64,000 nucleotides of DNA, taken from the human T2T-CHM13v2.0 reference genome, Homo sapiens. The stretch is from NCBI RefSeq assembly GCF_009914755.1, contig NC_060926.1; one strand, written 5' to 3'. Under the pieces are notes generated by a model, which did no database searches, had not been told where the DNA came from, and saw only the letters and a list, made by a program, of their open reading frames with translations. This document shows, piece after piece, positions 11,381 through 24,600 of the stretch (position 1 is the first letter of the stretch; every line of letters starts with the position of its first letter). Both the position numbers and the translations under genes were made by a program.

Positions 11381-14300
11381 ACCCAAAGTATAAAATAAAC
11401 ATATGTGGTATATACTGATAGAAATAAATAGTGATGAATAAATAAATAAATAGAGACAAATCTTACCTACAAAAGACTTCCATTTAGTATATGTTACATA
11501 CTCTCCCCCTCCAGGAAGTAGAACTCCTTCTTCTTTGAATGTAGGCTAGACTTAGTGAGTAGTTCCAAATTAACAGACTATGGAAAGGGGGAAATGTAAT
11601 TTTATAATGGAGAAACCTGGCAAACACTACCTTAGCCAAATGATGAAGGTTATGTGGTTAGAGGTCAGGTCGATATCACATATCCTCTGATAAGGTGAAA
11701 TGAGAGGGCATTTCTCTCCACCTTTCTTTCCAAAAATATATAATCCCAGTCTAGTTCCGAAAAATATCAGACAAACCAAGACTGGGGGACATTATACAGG
11801 ATACCTGGCCAGTACTCCTCAAGACTATCAAGGTCATGAAAAAGAAATAGCAGGAAACTGTCATAGACCAGAGGAGACAAGGAAGACAAGCCATGACATG
11901 ACCAGTAAATGAAATGTGATACCTTGGATTGAATCCTGACACAGAAAGAGAATATTAATGGAAAAACTGGTAAAATTCAAATAAATCTGGGGATTTGTTA
12001 ATAATGTATCAATATTGGTGTTTTTTTGTTTTGTTTTGTTGTTTTTTTAGCTCTGACAAATGTACTGTGGTAATGTAAGATATTAATGATGAGTGAGGGG
12101 TATACTGAAACTCTCTGTATTATCTTTCCAACTTTACTGCAAGTCTAAAATTATTCTAAAATAAAAAAAACTTTATTTAATTAAAACAAGACACTAGGAG
12201 AAAGAATCCCTTCTCACTTAGAAAAGGCCTTCCCAAGATTCTCAATATTGGTTGGAGCTCTGAAGTCATCAAAGATGTACATTATGGCTGAAAATATAAC
12301 CTTGGACAGCACACCAATGTGAAATAGGTAACCACTGCTAATATCAGTTGCCTTGGTTACAAGGGACTTGCCTCTTACAAGCAAAAAAGTCAAGTGGATT
12401 CAAGCTTGACTTTGCTACATGTGAACTACAAAAACGAGAACACCAGTCCTCCCCAGGGAATAATAGAATAATACAGCACAGACCTACTGGGCCTGGGAGG
12501 CTGGGGAGGAACAAGAGATATACATGGGGCTACATAAAACTACTTGCCACTTTCCACATCTTCCTGTATGATTATGTGTTTTCCTTGCTGTGGGCCTATT
12601 TTTTCAAAACTAGAATTTGAGTTTAAACATATTCGAAATGATTTATCTTCTATCTTGAACATGTGCTACCAATATTGTTATAATAGGTTATACTCATTAA
12701 TTTATCATTTCTTTTATGTATAAAATGTTTCTATTCATTAAAATAACAATAAAAAACCATAATAAAAATACTAAACATAATATGGAAACCTGGGACTTCT
12801 GGAACTTACTACGAACAGGGCACAGAATATGTTCGTAAATTCAATTTCTAGCTTCACCATTGACTGTCTACTTGATTATGAATTTATTTGTCCTATTTCT
12901 CCAAAGTATTTGGTTTCAGATTATTTTTCTTTTCATTATAAGTGAACTTTAGGGCACGTCATGTTCCCAGTGTATTTGCTCAATTTTGTCATTAAGCTAA
13001 CATTTTTTTTACCTTGCTTAGACATGTAAGGCACATATCATATTCTAATCTAAAATCCTTGGGGACTTATGTACCTTGGGAAATAGTATTAACTCTTGAA
13101 ATAGTAATATTTTATTCTTTTAAAATCACATAAACATATTTTAATGTAATTCCACTTGAAAATATCCAGGGTCTGTTGATATAATAGTAAGGTGAAAGGT
13201 GATGATGTCACCCTTGGCTTTTGAATATCTCCTTGGCTTAGATTATATTTGACATTTCTAGTTTAGAGCTTTTTTCTTTATTTAACAAAAACCATTTTTC
13301 TTTGCCATTTCTGTTCCATCTTCTTTGTGAAGCTGGTGGACACAACAAAACCTTCAAATGTTCAAATGTAGCATTTAGCTAGCCTTTCATGCCCTTGGCA
13401 GAAAATCATAGCTAATTTCCACCAGCTTTCACATTTAAATCTGTGTAAGTAACCACTCGGTGTAGGATATTCAAGGAGTACCAGGGAAGAGCAGCATGGT
13501 ACAGTCAGCCCAATCTATCAATTCACTAGAGTAGGTCAAAGCGCGACCTTAGCGACCTTGTATCTGAGTTCCGGTAAGGGATTTTATTTTAAAAATGATA
13601 CGTATCTCTCAAGATATAAATTTCTAGTGGCTTTAAGAAGGTCTAAAGGGGAAAAAAAAGGGTCAGCTGGAACACAGAGATGATTCAATGGCCAAAGGAC
13701 ATTTTTGAGACTGTGACTTTCACTTAAAAAAACAGATTTCTGGATTTTGGGATCATGGTGAATTTCAGCTCTCTTGTTTTTCAGAGGCATACCCTTACAC
13801 ACAGAGTTAATTCAGATGCTGAAAAAAACAGAACAGAACTATTGTTCATTTGTCATATTTTTAAGAACAATTGGAAACTCTTTTTAATTCTAGGGTAATG
13901 GAGATGCTGGAGTTTTCCCAACTTAGAGAAAAAATATAGTTAAAAGTTGATTTGTAACAGAAATTTTTCTAGAGACTAGGTATTTCTACTTTCTGGGATG
14001 GCAGACAGTAATTTAAACCTCCTTCTTTCATAACTACTCATAGAAGATTAAAGGTTTTAAGAATGGGTTGGGCTATTCCAGGGGTGGTTTCTCAATCATA
14101 AGGATCCCTGCCCTTTGAAGGCTTTGGTTTGTCATATGGTAACACAAGGTCAGTTCCAAGAAGACACCAACTCTGGTCACTCACTTGTGTCAAACCAGTC
14201 ATACTTCTCTTTGTTTAGTTTACATTTAGCCAGAGTGAAGGAGAATATAAAATTATTTGAATGTGCCAAGAAAACTTTTGGGAAATACTGCTTTGGACAA

Positions 14301-14384
14301 CTTAAGCTTTCCAAGTTTTATTGAAAAATCTGTTCAGTAGTTCGGTATTTGGATATATTCATTTATTTTAAAAGGTGAATGTTT

Positions 14385-14692
<308 letters not shown>

Positions 14693-15715
14693 TTATTAAC
14701 AACCTTGAGAGAGCAGAACAGCAATGGCCAGCTGTCATTTAAAAAGCTTTTTATTCAGTACTTTGGATAGGATATTTAGGATATTTTAATAAATAGGTTT
14801 TGAATTATTTAGGTTGGATAGTAAGTATTATGCCTGCCCTTTGGATTTAAGTTAATTATAGGAAAATGTGGGGTTAAAACTTGAAATGTAACTGAAAGAG
14901 TGTACTCTTGATATTACAGCTATTGCTAAACTTTTCATAATTCAATATTCTAGTTTGGTTCATCCTATTTTTCTGACAGCTTTTCTCTGTCTCCATCAAT
15001 AAAAACATGGATATATTTTTAAATTAATGTAGATTTGCATTAATTTAAAATTGTGTGAAGTCTGTTGTTCAGACATGCTTTAAGAATTGCAGAATCCAGA
15101 TGGCAATTAGCAAACAATTTTAAACACTCATAGAGGCTTACCTTCCAACCCTAAATTCTAGGTTTTAACTGAATAATTTTAGGTACGTTGATAGGGGAAG
15201 AATCAGAATTCCACAAGTTAATAATAGAAGAATATTATTGCCCAAACATAATTACTGTGGCTGACATAAAGACTTTAAAATAAGTAACAAAACTGCCTCT
15301 CTCAACACTATCAGGCCATCCTGTATTTAAAATTCAATTGTAAATAGGAATTAAAAAGAAGCTGAGGAATGGCATGCATTCTAATCTGCTGTAAAAAGTT
15401 ATTCAGTCATCAAATTCTCTTGTTTTTTTTTTGTTTCATAGTACATACTGTATACTCTATCTTTTCTAAAACTGGAGCCTTATTTTCTAAAACGAAAGTG
15501 TCTCTCTTTCTCAAGGAGGCAGATTTCTCTTTGAAAAAAATAAACTTGTGAGAAAAAAATTAGAAAAGAAGAAAATTAAGTTATAAAAGATAAAACAATT
15601 TCAGACTTGCCAATTTAAATAGCGTGTGTCTAAGCTTCAGTCTTCTTTCTCTCTCTCTTTACTGCAGTTGAGTTAGCCTATTTTTTTCACGGTACATCTT
15701 CTTGGAAAAAATTAC

Positions 15716-16200
15716 TATAGGGACTCAGAACACGATACCTCAAATTGTGGGCCCTTCACATATGGAGTATTTTAAGCTGATGGAAATTGAGAAAAACCAC
15801 AGAGGCAGGAAGGTGACTCTCTGACCTTCTCCCTCCCTTCTCCACGAGAGGCCCCCATGTGACAGGTGTCCTTCTGTATACGTGGAGGAACGGAACAAAG
15901 ACACAGAGAATCCAAGAAGAATCTGAACTGAAACAGGCCTTGCTAAATTTCTCTGAGTTTATTACTATTAGATCATACCCTCTTTTGTCCAGTTGTACTT
16001 CTACATAACTGTCCTTTCCTCATCAAACCTAAGCACAAAATTACAGTTTTCCCTGGGTCTTTGGGTCTCCGTTTCTCATAAAACTTATATTAAATAAATT
16101 TGTTATGCTTTTCCCTGCTTAATCTGTGTTTTGTTACAGGAGTGTCAGCCATAAACCTTGTGATGGGAGAGGAAAGGTTTTTACTTTTTCTCTCAATTAC
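15716..16200 (+). mobile_element. ERV1 solo LTR (MER34/MER39 family)
   Basis: 5' 'tagggactcagaacacgatacctcaaa...tattttaagctga' and 3' 'ttaaataaatttgttatgcttttccctgcttaatctgtgttttgttacaggagtgtcagcc'. Confidence 0.7.
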
Positions 16201-18139
16201 TAGTAGTCAAAAATGTCCCTCACAATCCTTAAACCTGAGGTCTTGCTGCAAAGCCTGTATTCTGGCCCAACAGTATTACTTGAGGGTTATGAGATCAAGG
16301 GTATCCATAGACCAACCGCAGGAAGCTGGAGTTTCTCCAGCTGTTGTAGCCCCCTATGCTTTTCTGCTTTAACTTCAAATTTCTCTATCAGCTTAGCCTC
16401 AGACTCACAACGTGACCTTGGGCAAATTGCTTAACCTTTGGACATTGTTTTATTTCAAGATCCCTTGTTAAGGTGCTTTCCATTTCTAAAATACAGTTGA
16501 GGAATTCTTTGAATGCAGAGAATTTACAAATCAGACTGAAATAGGGAATTCATTCAATTATTAATTGTGTTCTTATTTTACAGGAGAAATACGCTATTCA
16601 AACAAAATACTCTATTACTAAAATAGGCTGTGATATGAAGGGATCTTATTAGAGCTCGGAACCAGGAGGAATTTTTCTTTCAAAACAGACCAGACACATT
16701 TCTAATGTAATAGAATAGTGTGTTTCTCCAAAGGCAACTCAAAGAGAGGGCTCCTATACTTTAATTCTTTAAAAAAAGTATCAACAAATTAGAAATAAGG
16801 CAAAGGGATGGCTGAGTGTCCTTTCTGTGTCAGACTACAACACTGTCTAACAGGATTACTTAATTCTTTGGGAGATTACCCTTTGTTTAACAGATGATTT
16901 ATTATTGATTAGGGCCCAGGTTCTGTGAAATTACATGTTAATGCATAGAGTTTTGTCTGGTAGAGAAGCAAATGATTTCTGTTTAGTAGAATAATATAAC
17001 CCGAAAGGTTATGGTTTTATTGCTCTGTAAAATATCAACCAATTATAGATCTACCCTAGCAATCTTGTTGCAACATTGTTCCTTCAATTTCTGTAACTGC
17101 TTAGTTCTCCAAATACTCTTTGGAGCTTTGTCATCCTACTGGTTCCCTTATTGGTAAGTTATGTAAATTTTGATACACTTTATATTTATGAGTCATAGTC
17201 ATAATATTTAATTTAATTTAATTTTTTTTTTTTTTTTTGCTGTCACAGTTTTCATTGTTTTTACTACCTTCCTACTGCCACCACCTGGAAGAGTAGAGGG
17301 TTGCCCAAAGCAGAAAACGTTCTAACTCTAAGCGCTAAGCTCCTAGTTATTTGGATTTCCATATATTTTTCTTCTTCATCTGTGTCCTACCCCCTACTTC
17401 ATGGATGTCTGTTGTAATGATTGAGTCCAATTACAGTAGATTATTGGGATTTGAGGCTTAAACATTTGCAGTTTTGACTATTTTCAAGCAACTTAACATG
17501 TAATGATTTGCAATTTTGCTGAGGAATGAATTTCGGTTGCAGGCTTTGCAATATTGATGTGTCTGGAATGACTCACAGAAGTAAGAGGGAGGGGTTCAGC
17601 AACAGTCTCTGAATTTTAACTTGGCTATGTTGTTCTACACTCATTATCATGCACACTAGCGCTCCTGAAGTGATAAAAACTTTGTTTCTTTGTGTAAAAT
17701 GGGCTATAAAAGAAAATCATCTGCTAGTGTTGCTAATTGTAGTAAAGAGAAAGTAAAGAGGTCTACGAAAGCAATGATTCTAAGCCACAGAACAGAAGTG
17801 TTGGAGGTGCAAAGTACACCATCAATTCACAGTTAACTCAGCAAAGAATCATGAAAAAGTGTTTATCTGTGCTAATAATCAATGACCAAATTAAAATAAC
17901 ATATTTTATTTTATTAACTTGAAAAAAATCGATAAGTATTGGTGTTTCAAGGGTTTGAGAAAGGTTCTTGTCGAAGTTAGAGCAATATAGTGGAAAGATT
18001 AATGAATTTATATTCAGAATGTCTGAGTTCAAGCTCTTCTAATTAGCTATACAGCCTGAAATTGTACCTGAAATCTGTGGGTTGTAAATTCCAAGGGGAC
18101 ATTGTTTATTGATTTGTTGCACATGTTACATGAATTTGT

Positions 18140-21100
18140 AGGTTTGAAGTTGGCCAATGAATATTACAAAGATCCCTGCCCTTAAAGAGCTTTTCTATTG
18201 CATTATAGGATAGGGAGGTAGGGAAAAGAAAGATGGTGAGTAGACAGCAAAGGAATAAATAAATAAACAATTATCTTAGAAGAAGATAAATGACATAGAA
18301 AATAGAAATGAAATACGGTAAGTAAAGATTGACATTACGTGTGTGTGTGTTGTGTGTGTTGTGTGTGTGTGTATTTGTACAGGTGTGTGGTTGCAGTGTG
18401 TCACTGCAGTAATAAAAAAGGTGGTGAAGGAAAAACTTCATGCTATGGTGACATTTGAGCAAAGTCATGAAAAGAAGGTGAGGGAGTTAACCAAGCTGGA
18501 AATCACATCCAGGAGTGGAGAACAGATAAATCATAGTGGCTAAACTGGAGCCTGCTTGGTCCATGTTCCAGGAGTAGGAGGGGACCAGTGTGGCTGGAGT
18601 TGAGTGATTAAGGGAAAGAATAGTTGGAGATGAGGTCAGAGAGATGAGTGAGATGGTATTGTCAGCCTGTAAGGTCTTGTAAGCCATTGTCTTTTATTCT
18701 GTGTGAATGGGGGGAGAAAGCAGGGGATTTTGAGCAGAAGAGTGATATACATGTTTTAAAAAGATCATTCTGGATGCTTTGTTCAGATTAATTTGTAAAG
18801 GGGCAAGGGTGGAAATGGGAGAACTGTTCAGAGACTATTCCAGTAGCCAGGTGAGAGATGCTGGCTTAGACCACATGGCAGCAGAGAGGTGGTGAAAAGC
18901 ATTCAGATTCTGCATAGATTTGAAAGAACAGCCAGCAAGGTTTGTGGTTGAATTACATGTGGCTGTGAAAGAAAGAGCAAAGTCAAAGAGGACTCTAGGG
19001 TTTTTCATCTGATAAATGTGGAGTTGCCATCCACTGAAATAGAGAAGGCTGAGGGTAGAGCAGGTTTTGGCAGTAAGACTAAGTATTCAGATTTTAGCAT
19101 GCTGTGTTTGAGATGCTTATTTTACATCCAAGGACATACAAATCAGCAACTTCTAGTTGGATTTGTAAATTTAGAGGTCAGTAGCATATCACTGGTTCTG
19201 AAAGCCCCAATACTGCTATGATACCAAAGAGTAATTGTAGTTATAGAAAAGAACAGGATCAAAGACTGAGCCCTGGGACACTGCAACATAAAAGAGTTAA
19301 AGGAAGAACCAGCAACGAAAATTAAAAAGGAGCAGCTGGTGATATAGGAGAGAAACAGGATAATGTGGAAGCCAAGGGAAGAAAGTGTATCAAGGAGGAG
19401 AAAGTGATCAACTGTGCCAAATGCTGCTGATAGGACAAGCAAGGGAAGGACTGGGCTATTGGATTTGGCAGCATGGTGGATACTATTCATATTGTTCACA
19501 GTGGTTTCAATGGAATAGTGAATCAAAAATCTGATTGAACTGGTTTTAGTGGGGAATGGCAGAAAAGAAAATACAAAAAGCAGCTGTAGATAGCTTTCTG
19601 GAGAAGTTTTTGTGCAAAAGGGAGGAGAGAAATGAAACAGTAGCTAGTGGGGCAAGTGGAATATGTAGAAATTATTCTTTATCTTTTTTTTTTAAAGATG
19701 GGAGTAATATCAACATGTTGTTTGTATTTGAATGAAAATGATCCAATAGCGAAAAATTGGTATGAGAGAAAGAGGTGAGAAATGTTGGAATAGGTGATGT
19801 CCTTGAGTAGACTATAGGGGAAGGGATTTAGTATGATTTAGTGTACAAGAAGAGGAGTTGGCTTTGGGTAGCATCATGAATAGTAACAAATATGGAGACA
19901 GAGTATGTGGATGAAGATGCTGGTAGGTGAATAAATATGGTGGTGGAAGTCTATGGAGTTCTCTTCTGATTGCTTTAATTTTTTCAGTAAAGTAGGAATA
20001 TGAAGACAAGAAAAAAGTTTAGGGTATTTTAGAAGATTGAAAGTGTAAAAAAGTTGTCCAGGAGAGTGGGAAAGTGAATGGTCTTGGGAAATTAAGTATG
20101 ATATCCTGGTAGCATTAAGAGCACATTTTAAGATCTGTTCATAAATTGGAAGTGAGCTCATTAAGCATAATTGCCTATTTTTCTCCGGTAATATTTAGTT
20201 GTTTAGTGGAGGTTTGACATAGGCACAGAGTTGGATTTTAACCAGAATTTCAGTTTTCCAAGTAAGTACAATAAATCCAAAGAAGACAAATGAGGCAAAG
20301 GCATATATGGGAGTAATCATAAAGATTGGCCATGGAATTTAAGCTTGATAAGTAGGGGAATGATAACATCAAGAAGTGAGGGACAGTGGAATGATGGTAG
20401 ATCAATGGATTGGGGGTCCCAGGGACTTTGAAAGATAACTGGGGATAGGATAGCAGAGAGAGTAGAAAGAAAAGACTGGAAATGGTGGCCAGAGGGTACA
20501 ATGCATGAAATTAACATTAATAAATGTTGCCTTTATTGCTAATGCATTTTTGCATTTATTGCTGGGCTATGACCATGGGATTTGAGGCTGTGGTAGAATG
20601 GTTGACACGATCAATGGAGAACAGAAATTCATGGATTTGAGAGGCCTGGGTGTGGGCATGACGGTTTACCTGTGTGTCCATAGCCCTAGGAATTAAGACA
20701 GAATAGTATTGGTGAGTATGACCATTAAGCAGAAGCCAGAATCTAGAGAAATGAGGAGAATGGCAGAGGCATCACTGGTTCATGATATAATCTGATGATG
20801 TGAGATTCAAAGCTGGTATTTTGGGGGATGAGGGAGAAGGAAGGGAAGCAATGAGATGCAAGAATGACACCTAGCTATCTTCAGGCTCAAAGATCTGAGG
20901 GCTACAAAAGGAAAGGCACTCTCCAGTTTGGGAGGCTGATAATGTGTTCTCAGGGAAAAGTCAAGTTTTGATGAGAGCAAAAAGGTGAAGGGAATGTTCA
21001 GATCATGGTTTGTGAAAATAGAGGTGTGGCAGCCAGCCACTGAGATGATACCCAATGACTGTCCTCTCCTGGTATTTAAGCCTCTTTTGGTTCCCTCCCT

Positions 21101-21780
21101 TATGGAATCAGAGCTGACCGTGTGACCAATAGAATACTACAGAAGTGATGGCATGTAGTTTCTGAGACAAGGTCATATTAAGCTCTATAGCTTCCATCTT
21201 ACTCTCTTAGATCACAGGCTCTTGGGGAATCCAGCTAGCAGGTCATGAAGACACTCCCTCAGCCCTATAGAGAGGTCCCAGTGGAGAGGGAGAGTTGCCT
21301 CCCCCAAAGCAATCAGCACCAATTTCCAGCATGGGAGTGAACTATGTTGGATGTGGAGCCTTCATTCCCAGTCAAGCCTTCAGATGAATCCAGCTCCCTC
21401 AGACATCTGACTGCTGTCTCGTGAGGGACTCCATGCCGAAATTGTCTAGCCAAGCTTTACCTAATTTTCAATTGTGAAAACTATGTTATATAATACATGA
21501 TTGTTTTTGTTTTAGGCCACTAATCTTTGGAGTAAATTTCTATGCAGCAAATCTATTGATGATACAAGGGGGCTTCGCAAATAATGGTTATGGACTTCAG
21601 AAGGCCCAATGGGTCAGCTTCAGAACCAGTGGAAGGAGGGTGGAGCTGACAGAACAGGGTATGTATAGAGCTTTAAGGGGACAGAGTGTGTGAGAAGAGA
21701 GAAAGTCAGGGGTTTTTGTGGTGCCTGACATAAATAGGGATACATAAAAACATGAGGCAGTTATCAAGACAGATAATAGT
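18140..21780 (-). mobile_element. Long L2 LINE fossil (~3 kb) including the RT region, interrupted by MLT1
   Basis: ORF 19143-19526(-) contains AKSNSPVLPLLVLSAAFGTVDHFLLLDTLSSLGF, matching L2 RT [36 protein letters not shown]; typical antisense L2 motifs run throughout. Confidence 0.85.
21025..21566 (+). mobile_element. MLT1F/G-like solo LTR inserted in the L2
   Basis: TG...CA termini; 'ccagtcaagccttcagatga', 'ttttaggccactaatctttggagt...tatgcagcaa'; near-TSD agagg/agggg. Confidence 0.75.
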
Positions 21781-21974
21781 GGTGAAGGAGTGTGTTTGTT
21801 GGTGAAGAGGAGGAGGTTTCTTCACTTTTGATGCTGGGAGTAGAAAGCCTAGAAAGTGTGGTCTTAGTCACAGGGTCAGTTCAATCTTGGCCACTGGTCT
21901 TACGTGTGAGCTCTATGTGGATCCCTGTTGATTGTATATATTGTTTATTTCTCATTTAAACCTTTGATTTTCAT

Positions 21975-22115
21975 ATTATTATCCTCATTTTACAAATGAG
22001 AAGACTAAGACCTAAAGAGGAGATTAAGTAACTGGTTTGAGGTCACACGGTTAGTAAGACAGGGTCAGAATTTGAATTCAGGTCCCCTGACTTAAGATTC
22101 TACCCTAACTCCACA
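21975..22115 (-). mobile_element. MIR SINE
   Basis: 'attattatcctcattttacaaatgagaagactaag...ggtcacacggttagtaag...tttgaattcaggtc'. Confidence 0.8.
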
Positions 22116-22749
22116 TTTTGCCCGTAACAGAGACATTTGAAACCAAAGTTCTTCAATTTTTTAAGGGTGGAATGGAAGTTAGTCATCTCAGGCATATATC
22201 CGTGGAATGCAATTATAGATACTCTTTTAAAAAACCTCAGCATGATACATATGCATGAAGACATGGAAAAAACCCAGTATGAGAGACATTGACATCTGAT
22301 CAGAGTAATACCAAGTACCTAGAAGTTGGCAGCAAACAGAAGAAAAGAAATAATCAGCAGAGGCACAAAGCCGATGCAAAATTTATTGTGAATTTATTGT
22401 CTTTCTCTCCACTTAGAATGTAAATTCTATGAGAGGACAACTTTGCCTAATGTTTGATACTCAATATCAGGTATCCAACACACATAAGTATTGAATGAAT
22501 GAGGAAATGACGTTCAACCAAAGGAAAAGTGTTTGGATGAAAATATCCTAAGTGAAATGTTCAGTTTAGGGAGGGGCCACAAGTTGAGGGTGTAGATATG
22601 AGATTGAAGAAATTTGCCTTCACGATTTCCTCCTCTACCCTGCTCTACTGATCCAAGTTCCAGGGCCCGTTCATATTTACAGGCTTTCCCCACATTCTCC
22701 TTGTTACCTTTCTCCTCCTTTAAGTCCTTTAGAGACTTTGAGAAACAAG

Positions 22750-22940
22750 ACGTTCTCACTCAGAAACCCATTAGATCATCTGGAAACTTAAAGACAAAAC
22801 AAAGCAATACAAAAAAACAGTGTGTGGGTTCCCATTTTCCATAGGATCTAATTTAATTGGCTTGGGTTGGGACTCAGACACTGCTAGTCTTTTCAAAGTT
22901 TCCCAGGTAATTTTATTGTGTAGCTACAATTGAGAAACAA
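22750..22940. mobile_element. MER5-type hAT MITE remnant
   Basis: 'ttagatcatctggaaactta...ttcccaggtaattttattgtgtagctacaattgagaaac'. Confidence 0.55.
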
Positions 22941-24344
22941 CTAACAACTTACTATTACCTTTGTCAGGGAAATTGGAACGTTGAGAAATCTAAACTTTAT
23001 AGCAAAGGAATGTGGTTCTGACTAGTGCAATTTCAGACATCAGTAGGTAGAGAAGTCCCCAGAAATCACCTCCACCTAGTCCTAGCTTGGCACTTCAAGG
23101 TGCTTGAAGTGTTTGCTAAAGAGATGAATGAAAGCTCCTGAAACTATTCCATCTGCCCAGGCGATGCCCTTCACTCTGTGTGTCCTAAAGTTTGGCCTCT
23201 ATACCTAGAGAAGGGCTGTGAAGACTGCTCAGAAAATGGAATAGTCTGAGAAGCAAAATATCTAGATCAGTTATTTCCAACTTGTGAGTCAAGGGAGGAA
23301 GGAGATATGGGTGGGAGGATGGTTGTGAATCCATATGTAGACGAAACATAAATATGTCTTGCATAATATACTACCTACTTTTTTTCTCAAAAGTGTGTTG
23401 ATAATATCATGGTGAATAAGACACAAAATTGTCTTTTTAAACACTGTATTGAATTCACAGAAGCCTTTTGTTATTCTGTATTTTCTTGTTGAACAGATAT
23501 AAAAATTCCAAAAATTACAATTATTTTCATGTGGGAGCCTAGCCCCCCCTCCTTTTCTTAATTGGAAAGAAGTCTTTGTATTAAAAAACATACCCTGTCA
23601 TCTAGTCTGGAGGAAAGATGCTTTGGAGGAATGAGGACATGCATGAAAGTGAGGGGGTTAATAGAGAACTGTTCAGCGTTTAGTCAATATATTTCATTTC
23701 ATTTTGTACTGGAAGAAGCTGGAGTTAATATGAGCCCTGAGTGCCCAAGTCTGATGTAAAATGAAGTATCCTCATCCTAGCCTTCTCAAAGGGTGGCCCC
23801 AAATCAGTCGTCTTAAATACACATAAAAGGAGATAGTCTTAGGGACCTGTTCGGACTTTCTGGAGTAGGTACTTTATTCACAGCCCTTGCGACATACAGC
23901 TCTGATTCCTATAAAGAGGACAATATCTTCCTCTTTCATGATAATTAAGCCCAAGGAGTCATCTCTTTATCAGCTCCAAAGAAGAGGAGTAAATGATAAA
24001 CTACCATCCTTGCCTAAAATGAATGAATATAATGGCTAAATGCTTATCTTTACAGTGACTTGCTGCTTCAAGCTGACCTCTGAAGCGAGTATACACAGGC
24101 CACTTGTACATTCTTCATCAAATCATTAAGAAGTCAAATGAAAATGACCAACCACTGTCTCTGACATTTATTATATATATGAAAGGCATTTAGGAGATGT
24201 AAAGACCAGGCAATTGTGAAACAACTATAAAGATGCAAGACTGAAAGCCTCAAGAGTGACATTCAGCTGCTCAGTTATGCCAGCAAAATGGTGAGTGCCC
24301 TTTAGTTTGAGACTTCAATTCTAATGTAGGCTCAAGACAGGAAA

Positions 24345-24600
24345 AGGCCACGGTGATACATGGTGGAATGAATATTAGACTTGGAGTCATATGTCCTGGT
24401 TCTGAATCCCTGCTCTGACATTTAACAATTGTTGATCCTGAGCAAGTCATCTAACCTTGTAGGGCCTCAATTTCTCCCACCTGTAAATAGAAATTAATAC
24501 AAATTTGTGTTCCACTACCTTAGTAAGTTGCGTAGCTCAAGAGACACAAGTATTGTAAAAGTATTTCATAAGATATAAAACGTCATGCAGATATTATTAT
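24345..24600 (+). mobile_element. MIR SINE
   Basis: 'gacttggagtca...ctggttctgaatccctgctctgaca...gagcaagtcatctaacc...gcctcaatttctcccacctgtaaa'. Confidence 0.8.

Larger units (their letters stand above)
10305..12180 (+). mobile_element. L1MC/MD-type 3' UTR fragment, split by a MER21 LTR
   Basis: L1M 3'-UTR motifs 'gagaaacctggcaaacactacctt' and 'actctctgtattatctttccaactttactgcaagtctaaaattattctaaaataaaa'; sequence continues across the LTR. Confidence 0.75.
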
